From positions 1 through 64,000 of the forward strand of contig MU057889.1 of the NCBI GenBank assembly GCA_013265495.1: DNA of 64,000 nucleotides. Reading direction: 5' to 3'. The notes beneath the pieces were generated by a model. The model had not been told where the DNA came from, did no database searches, and was given only the letters and a program-made list of their open reading frames with translations. Numbering within the stretch: position 1 is the stretch's first letter; every line of letters starts with the position of its first letter. Shown piece by piece: positions 1 through 12,294 of the stretch. The translations under genes were made by a program, and so were the position numbers. The DNA comes from Vicugna vicugna (taxonomy: Eukaryota).

Positions 1-325
1 AGTTTGTTTTCTATGTCTGAGTCTGTTTCTGTTTTGTAAATAAGTGTGTTTGTATTATTATTCTTTTCAGTTTATTATTTATTATTTAATTATTTTATTT
101 GGGGGGTAGGTAATCAGGTTTATTTATTTTTAGAGGGGGTACTGAGGATTGAACCCAGGACCTCGAGCATGCTAAGCATGCTCTCTACCGCTTCCACATG
201 TAAGTGATATCATGTGGCACTTGTCTTTCTCTTTCTGGCTCACTTAGTATGATCATCTCTTGGTTCATCCATGTTGCTGCAAATGACATTATTTCATTCT
301 TTTTTTTATAGCTGAGTAGTATTTC
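1..325 (-). mobile_element. L1 3' end fragment, interrupted by a SINE
   Basis: The minus-strand ORF contains the L1 ORF2 C-terminal motif KKKNEIMSFAATWMNQEMIILSE, and 1-60 resembles an L1 3'UTR. Confidence 0.8.
71..189 (-). mobile_element. Vic-1-like tRNA-derived SINE (camelid type), 5'-truncated
   Basis: Reverse complement reads GGTAGAGAGCATGCTTAGCATGCTCGAGGTCCTGGGTTCAATCCTCAGTACC (tRNA-like, B-box GGTTCAATCC) followed by an A-rich tail. Family name is from recall. Confidence 0.7.
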
Positions 326-980
326 TTTGCTTGGAGGCAGACCCCTGGGACCTCTATCCATGAATTCCTGTCTGTGTCCCACACATTCCAAATGCAAGAC
401 TTACAAAGCTGGTCTCTATGCGAGCCACTTCCCTGACACTGGCATGTAAGTCTTAAATCCCAGGCAGGCTTCTGGGATTCCTAGTTTCTGTGGGACTTTG
501 CCCATGAATAATGTTTTCTCTGCTATCCAGAGAAAGGAGATATTTTTTTTAAATTGATGACAGTATTTTTCTTACCCATTTTCCCTCTCTCCCACCATCA
601 TCTGATGATTCAGGATACAGCTCACTCTAGAGCTCCAGCCTTGGGAATCTTTCTCCAGATTGTGCACACACTCATGTTTTGTGTAGACCAATAGATAGAA
701 ATACAACCATGTGAAGAGGTGCTCAGGAAGGAGATTCAACACCAACATTAGTATCTTATGACAGATGTAACAGAATGAAATGCAGCATCTGGGTGGCCTG
801 AGTCTAAGTAGGTGGAAACAGACAGGATGTACCGTCTCTTGGGAACGTTGTCAAGAGGATTCAGGCGGTTTGATCTGAAATTTATGATTCTGTGATTTTA
901 GTGGGATGCCTGAGGGCAAGTGATGGGAATAAAAACAACCGGAACTCCCTCCTGGGACCTTCTCAAGAATGGGCCCCACA

Positions 981-2189
981 ATGCTCCGGCTGCTTCTGCT
1001 GGGCATAGTCACAGTGCTCTTCATGAAGGAGGGTAAGGCTTGGGGAGGGTGGGAATAGGTGGGTGAATGGGTGGGCAGAGAATGTGGGGGGAGGAAGTGA
1101 GGGATTTCATGACCTGACTCTCGTGTCCGGAGCAGAGTGGCTCAAGGAGAATTTTCTTCTTCTCTTCACAGGAGACAGAGTCCTGACAGCAAAATGTATG
1201 GTGTAGTCCGTTGGCAGTTCTTGGATAAATAATGTCACAATGAGAGGGGCCATTTTTGAGTTCTTTGTACATGCTCTCTCTACCCTCTCTGACTCCACGC
1301 TCCTCACCCACTGTTCTAGGGTCTTCTTTCAGCCCCCAGCCTTGGGTGAGAGGGGGTCCTTGACTTGAAGGGAGTAATGACCCCGAGAGAAACTGGGAGA
1401 GGTGTCAGCATCCTTCTTGTGCATTTTGCACCACCTGAGTACAAATGCTCACAAGTGGGAGCAGATTCCTGAAGCAGAAACCCTCTCCCCTGAGCTCTGC
1501 TTTAAAGCTTTCCTCTCTTTCTTCAGATATTCGATTTTGCCATAAGTGTAATAATTTTAATGGAATGGAATGTCGCAGTCGCATGAAAAGTTGTTGGAAG
1601 TTTAACGTGATGGCAGGTAACAGGAGCTGTACCACAGACCACTTTTACTATTATGATCGCTTTCTAGGTAAGTGGGACTTAGAGAGAGACATAAAATACT
1701 ACCAGTAGTGCCCACCATCCCTGGAGTCAAGGTGTGGAGGGAGACTGGGACCAGGGGAGGGAGGAAGTGGGGTTCCCCACCCACAGGCCTGGGGTGGAGG
1801 TTTCGTGGGTGGCAAAAGTCTTTTGCCTGGTGCTGTCTAGAGACACACAGATGAGATGCAGACACAGCCTTTGGGCTCATTCCTGTGTATAGAAAACTGC
1901 GGAGGATCTGGAGAGAAGTATTGCTAGGAAGATGGTGAGGTTAATCGAGGTAATCACATTTGCTTTTCTCTTCTCTTTAGGGAAATATCTGTACCGTTAT
2001 ACAGTACTGTCTTGCAGGGCTTGTGAAGAGGGAATGCTCCAAGTATTTCATGACTTACTGAGAGAAACACATTGCTGTACTCATGAAAACAGGTGTAATG
2101 ATGGAAACAGTTTAGAAGAAAAGACAAAGATATTTGGACTAGACGGAAAAGAAAGTATATATGATACTGAGAAGATTAGCTATAAATAA
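981..2189 (+). CDS. Unnamed PATE-family secreted Ly6/uPAR three-finger protein, 141 aa; exons 981-1032, 1172-1195, 1527-1667, 1981-2189
   Basis: Signal peptide MLRLLLLGIVTVLFMKEG and all introns phase-1 GT-AG. Mature domain IRFCHKC..EC..SCW..SCTT..SCRAC..CCTHENRCN has 10 Cys. An in-frame upstream ATG exists at 969. The 24-nt micro-exon is the least certain part. Confidence 0.85.
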
Positions 2190-4769
2190 AATGATTAATA
2201 TTGAAAATGATCTCCCAGTAATTTTTGCCCTTTCCTTACCGAAAGGCAACATTATCTCCATTTTCTCAAAACCCAGAGCCTACTACTCTATTCCAGGAGA
2301 TCCACCTACGGAAGGTCTTCTTGTGATACTGCTTCCATTCACAGGAAGGTGCAAAGCCACAGGCCACAAACCCCAGCTCTGCCTTCTGCTTGGATACCCC
2401 GTCTTTGCCAGGTGACACCTCCTGGCAAAATTTACTTGCCCTTAAGTTCTGATGCTAAACCTGGCTAAATTCAGAGTTCTAAAGTTTCTGGCAAAGTATT
2501 TTACTGACAGAGTTTCTGAGAGAAGATCAGGGGAAAGCAGACTGGATACAAATTAAGGACAAGAAATCAAAGGAGATTTTTTAAGTATTCAGGAAGAGAG
2601 TAGTAGAGATATGTGGTGGGGGCCAGGAAGAGCTTGTATTAAGCAGGGGCTCGAGAAAGTCAATGTAAAATCAGAAAACACTAACTTCTGTGAGAGGAAC
2701 AGTCAGTACACAAGACATGAGTGGCTGCCAATATTTTTCAAGAACTGTACCAGCCAAGCTACTCCTGACCATGCAGCACTAGGTCACCATGTTTCTAATC
2801 TTCTTATCATATTCTCATGGCCAAAGCCAAGTACATCAGGATGGGCACTTGGCTGAGTGTTGGCCAATTACCCTGTCTCCTGGCGTGTAAGGAATCTTCT
2901 ACCGCCCAGTGCTCAAAAAAATTTAAATATTACCTTTTATTCAGTGCACTCATTGATAGACAACTGGGTGCTTCTTCATCTACTGGCACAGACTTGCAAC
3001 AGAAAATGCTAAAGAGGTAAGTTTCAGGCCTTCAAATTAGTTTTCCTCAAAAAAATAGTAAGGTGTGAAATGATGAAAATTAGTCACAAATTATTATTCA
3101 CTCGCTTTAGGTTAAAAAAAATTTAACCTAAACATATAAATGTTTCTCTATGTTAGAATCTACAGACATTATTATTATTTTATTTTTTAGCTATATATTT
3201 ATATAGACATATATTATTATTCCAGGTTTTGTAGTATTCCCTCTGATAGCCACGCTTATGATTGGTTACTAGTTTCCACCACATTTTATTTATCCAAATA
3301 GAAAAAATTTTAATATACAAAATGATTTAAAAATATTTTCATTATACGTATGCTGGATTCCCCCCAAATTGTATCATGTCAGAATGGACATTATTCTTTA
3401 ACATCTATAGAAACAGAAACATGGTAAATTCCTCCATTCGTGATTGGTTAGTTTATATGTAAAATAGAGATGCTGACAGTAGGTTCCAAATACGAAATGA
3501 GTTGTAGAGGAATTCTTGTGGCTAGTGACTACAATGGTCTAAACAACTCAAAACTAGAAACTAAGACGAAGCTTCAAATTAATGAAGAAGCACAACATGA
3601 AGAAGGTAACTGGTAGTTGGAAGAGTAGCAGATACACACTGAGTGATACAGACAGATGGAAACTGACTGCCACACATTTATAGCTAAGCTTGAAATGAAG
3701 ATTCATAAACTACTGTGGCCAAGCCTCTAGAGTTTCATCATATCTAGACTGGCCCTCTAGGTCCGGTCCTCCCGAGCCTGCCCTTTATGTTTCCTGTCTT
3801 GGATTTCCATTCGGTTCTGACTCCCATATTGCTCCATGTTACAATACCCTGTCACCCTCTAATTTTCCTGGTCCAACTGACGTGCAGTTCCATTCTTTAC
3901 ATTTTACAGAACAAGCAAACAAAAAGCAAGTGGAAGCAGAGGGAACAATGAGGGAGGCCAGATCCTAAGCAAGTACACTAGTTTGGATTCAGGTCCAGAA
4001 TTCTCTTCCAGGCCAAAGACCCCTTGGTTGGTGGTGGACCTAAGCTGGCAAAATTGATCAAAGAAGACAAATCAATTGTACAGTACTTTAAATCTGGAGG
4101 GTTAGAAGTATTTGGAAAAACAGAGTTCTTTTGTACCAATGTGTGTAAAATCATAGCTTTCCAACAGAAATGTGTTTATTATTGAAAAGTTGTCAGAAAA
4201 TCACATCTCAAAACACTTGTTTGCGAACTTTATACAAGTAGTGATTGTATTGGAATCCAGGAACCTGGCTTTACAACTTCAGCAGGTTCTGTCTAGAGAC
4301 AGTATACGATCTGGGGCTTCTTCTTTGACCTCACGTTTTAATGGACTGGGCTCTAACACAACTACTGAATGTTTCAAAATGTGCCCTGTGAGTATTCAAC
4401 ATGTGTGTGTGTGGATTGCCTGATTTATGCTCATAAGGTGCTGCTCATGGTGACAAAGGAAAACTGGAAAAACAAAATTTATTTGTACTCTTTCAGTCAC
4501 ATTTATTCTACTCTAGACTCACTGGGGCAGGGAAACCTGCCCACTGGCCCACAGGCAGAGGTAACAGCCCCCAGGAAGGATGTTAAGAGCTGCAACTGGA
4601 AAGAGGCTGTGAGTCAGGAAGCTGAAGGTGTTTGCTGTGGGGTTCTTGGGTTGATTTTAGAGCTTTGCTTAGAACTACCTGGGTAGCACCATGGTCTTTC
4701 AGTTGGGAGCTGGAGGGAACAGGATAGTTAATGAACCTTCACAAATTTACTCATATAAAAGGTAGACCA

Positions 4770-7709
4770 ACTGGGATAGCAATGGAAACAACAACCAATT
4801 CGACAGAGACACAAAAAAGCACACACAAACTCGTAAGAGAACACTCTGAACAATCATATGCCAATAAACTGGAAAACCTAGAAGAAATGGGCAAATTTCT
4901 AGAAACATACAGCCTGCCATGACTAAATCAAGAAGAAACAGACAACCTCAACATGTGGCTCACTAGAAGTGAAACTGAATTTGTAATTTAAATAAAACTC
5001 CCAGGAAATAAACGTTCAGGGCCAGAAGCCTTCACAGGAGAAGTCTACCATACACATAAAGAAGAACTTATACTTAGCCATCTGAAACTATTCCAGAAAA
5101 ATTGAAGAGGAGAGAACACTGCCAAATTCATTTTATGATGCTTCATTACCCTGATAGCAAAACCAGGCAAAGACACAGCAAAAAGGAAAATGACAGGTCA
5201 ATATCTTTGATAAAGATAGATATAAAAAATCCTCAACAAAATGTTAGCAAACCAACCAACAATATATAAAAAGGATCATACACCATGATCAAGTTGGATT
5301 TATCCATGGTCACAAGGATAGTTTAACTTTCATAAATCAATCAATGTGATACACTACATTAATGGAAGGAAGGCTAAAAATCACATGATCATCTCAACAG
5401 ATGCAGAAAAAAGCATTTGACAAAATTCAACATCCATTCATAATATAAATTCTCAAAAAGTGGGTATAGAGGGAATATATCTCAACATAATAAAGACCAT
5501 TTATGACAACATCATACTCAACAGTGACAAGGTGGAAGACTTCCAGCTAACTTTAGGAACAAGACAAGGATGCTCACTCTCACCACTTCTATGTAACATA
5601 ATATTGGAAGTCCTAACCAGAGCACTCAGCCAAAAAAAGAAGTAAGAGATTTCTAAATTGGAAGGGAAGAGATAAAAGTGTCAAGATTTGTAGATGACAT
5701 GATTGATACTTTATAGAGAGAACCCTAAAGTCTCCACCCCAAAACAATTAGAACTAATATATGAATTCAGCAAAGTTGCAGATACAAGATTAATATACAG
5801 AAATTTGTTGCATTTCTATATACTAATAATGAAATATCAGAAAGAGAAAGTTTAAAAATCCCATTTAAAATTGCATCAAAAAGGATAAAGTACCCAGTAA
5901 TAAACTTAACCAAGGAAGTAAAATACCTACACTCTGAAAACTATAAAACATTGATGAAAGATATTGAAGATGATACAAAGAAATGGAAGGATATCCCATG
6001 TTCTTGGATTAGAAGAATCAATATTTTAAAATGACCATACTGCCAAGCAATCTACAGATTTAATGCAATCCCTATCAAAATACCCAGGACATTTTCACAG
6101 AACTAGAACAAAAAAAAATTGTTAAATTTTATGGAAACACAAAAGATCCTGAATAGCCAAAACAATCTTGAGAAAGAAGAACAAAACTGGAGAATTAGGC
6201 TCCCTGACTTCAGACTATACTACAAAACTACAGTAATCAAAAATAGCATGGTACTGGCACAAAAAACAGACCTATAGATCAATGGAACAGGATAGAAAGT
6301 CCAGAAATATACTCACATACTAATGGTCAATAAAACTATGACAAAGTAGGCAAGAATAAACAATGGAGAAAAGACAGTCTCTTCAGCAAGTGGTGCTGGG
6401 AAAACTGGACAGCAGCATGTAAATCAGTGAAGTTAGAACACTCCCTCACACCATACAGAAAAATAAACTCAAAATGGCTTAAACACTTAAATGTAAGACA
6501 AGACACCTGCTAGAAGAAAACATAGGAAAAATATTCTCTGACATGAGTCTTAGCAATGTCTCCTAGGGAAGTCTACCCAGGCAACAGATATAAAGAAAAA
6601 TAAACAAATGGGACCTAATTAAACATACAAGCTTTTGCACAGCAAAGGAAACTGTAAACAAAACAAAAAGAAAGAAAAATACTTAGGAGAAAATATTTGC
6701 AAATGATGTGATTGACAAGGGCTTACTTTTCAGAATATGCAAGCAGCTCACACAACTTAACAAAAAAACAAACAACCCAATCCAAAAAATGGGCAGAAGA
6801 CCTAAACAAGCAAATCTCCAAAGAAGACTTACAAATGGCCAATAGGTACATGGAAAAATTCTCAATATCACTGATTATCAGAGAAATGCAAATCAGAACT
6901 ACAATGAGGTGCCACTTCACACCAGTCGGAATGGCCAGCATGAAAAAGTCCACAAACAATAAGTGTTGGAGAGGCTGTGGAGAAAAGGGAACCCTCCTAC
7001 ACTGTTGGTGGGAATGTAGTTTGGTGCAGCCATTATGGAAAACAGTATGGAGATTCCTTAAAAAATCAATAATAGATATACCATATGATCTAGCAATCCC
7101 ACTCCTGGGCATATATCTGGAGGGAACTCTAATTTGAAAAGATACATGCACCTCAATGTTCATAGCAGCACTATTTACAATAGGCAAGACATGGAAGCAA
7201 CCTAGATGTCCATCAACAGATGACTGGATAAAGAAGTATGGTATATTTATACAATGGAATACCACTCAGCCATTAAAAAGAGCAAAATAACGCCCTTTGC
7301 TACAACATAGATGGAACTGGAGATCATCATTCTAAGTGAAGTAAACCAGAAGGAGAAAGAAAAACACCGTATGATACCACCTAAATGTGGAATCTGAAAA
7401 AAAGACACAATGGACTTATTTACAAAACAGAAACAGACTCACAGACATAGAAAACAAGCTTATGGTTACCCAGGGGGAAAGCAGGTGGGAAAGGATAAGT
7501 TGAAAGTCTGAAATTTGCAGATACACACCACTACATATAAAATAAATAAACAAGTCTCTACTGTATAGCACAGGAAACTATATTCAATATCCTGTAATAA
7601 CCTATAATGAAAAAGAATATATGCATGTATCTGTCTGACTGAGACATTATGCTGCACATCAGAAATTGACACAACATTGTAATCTGACTATACTTCGATA
7701 AAAAAAAAA
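4770..7709 (+). mobile_element. 5'-truncated L1 (degenerate ORF2 RT and C-terminal region, 3'UTR, poly(A))
   Basis: ORF2 fragments ([38 protein letters not shown]) with stops and frameshifts; A-tail at 7700-7709. Confidence 0.93.
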
Positions 7710-9834
7710 GACCAGAAGGGAATAAATGGAATCAAATTCCTATACTCTTGTGTTGCTAATAAGGTGGTAAATATACTAATTTAAGGTAGACTGTAAACAG
7801 GTAAGTATGCATAACTATTAAAAAATTATTAAAGAATGTATAATTTAAAAGCTAATAGAGAAGATAAAATGAAAAATACTAGATTAATCAAAAGAACCTC
7901 AGAAAGATAAAAATGGGGAAAATATTCTATAGTTGCATAAAACACAAAATTATCTTTTGCCACACAGCAGGTTCGGATAAGTAAGCACACTGAGAACATT
8001 CACAAGGTATCATTCTTACTCTTCTATCCAGGGGGAGAAAGTTGTAAAAAAAATTTTTTTTGTTATCCTTTTTCCTTACCAAATGATTCTTTTAAGAATC
8101 TTGACTTCAAAGAGTGTTGCACTCTTCCACGAAAAGGGCTATCTTAGTTCACAATCTGCTATGCCAGAAATAACACTGAGACAAGACTTTTGCTGAATTT
8201 ATACAGTGTTTTAAGTTTCTTTGTTAAGACACTTGAAGGATTTTGGCATTTATTCTCTCTCCCTTTATGCTTTTCCTGCTCTTTCTTACTGGGAAGTACT
8301 TAAAGGTTTGTTATCTTTGATAGTCTAACTTCTGTTTTACTTCTGTTTAACTTACGTTTTTCCTTATTTCTCAGGTTTGTATTCTGTAACCCATTCTATT
8401 TTATGGTCATATTTTCTATGTCTTCTTTCTTATGATATTCTCAGAGAGTTCCTCATTCTGATCTTCCAACTGCCTAATTCCTTGCTCATCTTTTTTCTTT
8501 TTTAATACATCTAATATTTCATCTATTATGGGGTTTTCTGATTTGTTATACTTTATACCAAATATTCCCACCTGCTTCTTTTTTTTTATTATTTTGTTTC
8601 AGCTTGCATGTTTAGTTAACTCTTTAAATATATCTTCATTCTTGTCTGAGATACCATGAGGACAGGAATCATGACTACTATATCCTAAGGTCTACTAGTG
8701 CCTGAAACATGGGAATTTTAAAAGAAATGTTTGTTGAAGAAATTAAGGAGGGGTTTGGAGAGGAGAGAAAGAAGAAAACACAATATGGGTATGGAGGAAG
8801 TGTAAATTTCTTTACGATATTTTTGTAATATTAATTAATCACCCCTTTCAGATCTCATCCTACCAGTTGGTTAGGAATCAGTCTCAATTCTTGTGAGCGT
8901 ACATTTTCCAACTTCTGTTTTCCCCAGGCTGCTGGAACTGAACAAGTGGAAGACCTGAGTGTGTGTGAGATGGAGGGGTGGGGAAAGGCATCTGGTCATG
9001 GGGACAACTCTCCACAGAGGCTGCTATTGAGATGTCTAGTGGCCAGACCCACGTGACTCCCTCAGACCCCACAGAGCTCAGCTTCCTCCATGCAGTGCTT
9101 CAGGTATGGGAATATTTATCTGGCTGCTCTGGTCTCATCCCCTTGGAAACATCCTACAGCTTTTGCCTGTTTAAGGGTTGACGACTTCCTGTGAGTTTCC
9201 CAGGGAAGTAGAGTGCAAGCACTGTCTCTGGAATTCCAGAGATGCCTTTTCCTCTTCTTCTCTAACCCCCAACCCTAAAGAGAGTCTCATTCTACAAGGC
9301 AGAAAAATCCCTCTCCCTTCATGGGCCTGGTACACACTTCTTTCTACGTGCTGCCCTTCTCCTCACTCTGGGAATAGCATTCATGAACAAAATTTAACAA
9401 GACTCAAGTCATCTTTTTTCACATTACCCCATCCCTCCTCATGAGACCAGGGCTACATGCTTTAGTTGGAGTGAGATTAGAAGAACAGTACAGAGAGAAA
9501 AAAAAATGAAAATATTCTGCTACGGAAGGAAGCCAAGGAGCAGAGAAAATAAGTGGCCCATACTCTTCTTCCTTTCCCGAAGCAACCTGGGTACCCAGTG
9601 AAAGCACTAGGCTTTGCAACAACCTGCAGGACATGCTGATCTTGCACTCGAGGTGTTTCACCCGCTCAGGGGCCAACGCAGAGAATCTAGAAAAAGAGAG
9701 GGCTGCTTCTTACACGTGCAGAAGGCAGAGCCACGTGTTTGCAATCTGAAGTGTGGTTTTTAAGGAAATCATCGTGAAGAGCTGGTGCCAACAACATCAC
9801 CCAGAGATTGGTGCCGAAGAAGGACCAGCAGTTT

Positions 9835-12239
9835 CTAGAGGTTTTCATTGCACAAGTCATGGCTCCTGCAGCACCTGAAGTTTACCAGGTAGATGCTCCA
9901 TTTTATATTGTCCACATTAGCACAGTTCTCTAGGCAGCCCCTGAAGGTTAACCAGGGGGTACCATCGTCTGCGGAAGGGAGGAGAAACAGATCAGCAAAA
10001 AGGTTTCTGCAAAAACAAAAACAACCAAACGAACCAAAAAACTTCTTTCCGGCCCACATCGGCATATAAAAACCACCTTTGTGCAGTTCAAGGCTCAGTT
10101 ATTCAAATGTGAAGAATTGGAAGATGCTGCAATATGGGGGCTTCCCAAAAGAAACGCAATAGCAGAGTAGTTAAAAAAAAAAAATTCCTGGGTGTGCGGA
10201 GGTAACGACAGCAGCAATTCAAGGACTGCCCAAGCTGGATGTTTCCACCGTGAATCTTAACACTGGTTTAAGTAAGGGACAGAAATATGACGGGATTGCT
10301 CAGCACAAAGGGTAGGAAAGCAGAGAAATCATGATGTTTAGTTTTACCCATCAAGGGTCCTTTAGCCAATATCTATTGCTGACACTGGTCCCTTTATTTC
10401 ACAGTTTAAAACTACCCACAAGGAAGTCCAGGCAGGGACAAAGACAAAGAGCTGCCCTCCCCACGCCAACATCCTGCTGTTCCCCACCGGCCCTATTGTG
10501 TCTCTCCTTCCCCTTCAATTCAGTCTCCCCTGTTCATTCGGGCATCTCAAAACACTGATCCCATAGCTACAGACACCCCCCCCGCCCGCCTTAGTGACCA
10601 CCTCTGTCTATTTTTCATTATGGCACGTGATGGGGTAGAGATACCAGTCATCCCAGGGCCAAGACTCCCTGGGGTGAAGCAAAGTCCCCTCTTTTACTAC
10701 AGCTAATACGCCCCTGTCTGCTTCCTCTGCCTCCTCCTCCTTCCCTCAACCCACAACTTACTTCTGAAAATCCTCCCAGTTGTGCAAGCCTCTTCTGGTG
10801 CTGCAGTGCACACTCCTCTGCCTCTGGAACACTTCTCTCCTGGAAACTGGAGGTGGCACATCCTACACTGAATAATTTCTACAGTTTGGGCCAGAGAGGA
10901 GGGAGACAGAAGTGAGAGCAGACCTCACACTGCCATGAAAGGGCCCACCTCCCCTTTCGAATCTGAAGTCTGCTTGGAGCCCGGAGGGCTTTGCCAAAGA
11001 CTCATTAAGCGCAGTCATCTGCCTCTATTCAAATAGGCTGAGCCAAGAGAGGGACTAGAGTTTACGGCCACAGGAGTTTTAGTCCGAAAAACAGGTAGAA
11101 GGGTAAGGAAAAGAGGAGCAAAATCAAAACTGAGATCATCAGACCGTGCCCTCCTCATACTCACTGGGGAGATGGTCCTCCTCGACATACAGTTCACGGG
11201 CTGTGCTGGCGAAGAGAAAGAAGACGTAGCAGCAATTTTCTCTGCGATTTACCCTTACGTAGGGCCACTGTAATCCTCCTAACACAGGGGGCCCATCCTG
11301 GACCCTTAATCTGGAGCCGCTCGAGGCCCTTCTGTCCCTCCAAAGCCTAGTCACCTGTCTCACGGAATCTCCGCGCCTCTCGCTCCTTTCAGTCCTCCCC
11401 ACCTCCAGAGGCCTCTCGGACCCCCTCCCCATCCCTTAGGGCACTGCACAGACCGCGCTTGTTCTGTACATGTGCCTCACTCCCTTCTTTTTAGCTGGCC
11501 CGTGTGGCCTTCTCACCCATGTGCTCCTGGAAGCTGACAATGGGGGACAGTGTCTCAAATTCATGAAATCACTGCACTTTGGATCTGGCCAGCTAGTACC
11601 TATGAAATCAACATACCACTTCCCCGTTCCCTTTTCCTGGCTCCTAATACACTCATCCTTAGCCAAGTCAACTCTGCTCATGTCCTTGTGTTTTGTTTTG
11701 TTGTCAAACTTAAAATCAGCACCCATCCCAGCCTCATCCTGCTGGAAGAAAGTGCTAGGTGTTGAAATTCAAGGTCTCTCTTCAATGCTCAGTGCTCCTC
11801 CTGTCCCTCATCTCTCCCCACCCAACATTCCCCTTCCCACACCACTGATCCATTTCTACTCACCTAAGTGCTCATTGTCTGAAAATGCCCCAGACAGTAC
11901 TGTTGGAAAAAAAAAATACACTCTCTGCAGACCTCATTTTTCAAATCTCATCTCACAACTTCTATGAAAATCCTCTCAATTCCTTTATAATCCACCCATT
12001 TCCTTTTTAAGGGGAGAATAAGACTTTGGTGAAGGTCACAGAGACAAGACGCATTGTGGATCAAAGTCGTGGCATTAGAATGACAGCTTCTGTTATCGCA
12101 TGGCTCTCATAAGAGAACCTCTGTCATGGGAACCCCAACGTATTCAAGGATCCTGGACACATCTCACCATCAACCATAGGGACTCACCTCCAAAACAGCA
12201 GAGCAGGATGGGGAGTCCTCGCAGGAGGGACTTGTCCAT
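9835..12239 (-). CDS. PATE1: Prostate and testis expressed 1, 124 aa; exons 12239-12188, 11899-11864, 11200-11165, 10878-10762, 9968-9835
   Basis: Translation MDKSLLRGLPILLCCFG-VLSGAFSDNEHL-ARELYVEEDHLP-KIIQCRMCHLQFPGEKCSRGRGVCTAAPEEACTTGRIFR-NDGTPWLTFRGCLENCANVDNIKWSIYLVNFRCCRSHDLCNENL. It closely matches human PATE1 as recalled, including two 36-nt micro-exons. All introns are GT-AG, phase 1. Confidence 0.95.
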
Positions 12240-12286
12240 TTTGGAGGGAGAAAAGAGATGGCTGGAGCAGGAAGCTGCAAGGTGTC

Positions 12287-12294
12287 TATTTATA
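12287..12294 (-). promoter_or_regulatory. TATA box of PATE1
   Basis: TATAAATA on the minus strand about 50 nt upstream of the ATG. Confidence 0.7.

Noticed and set aside
6723..7265. 180-aa antisense ORF
   Set aside because: Common L1 antisense artefact.
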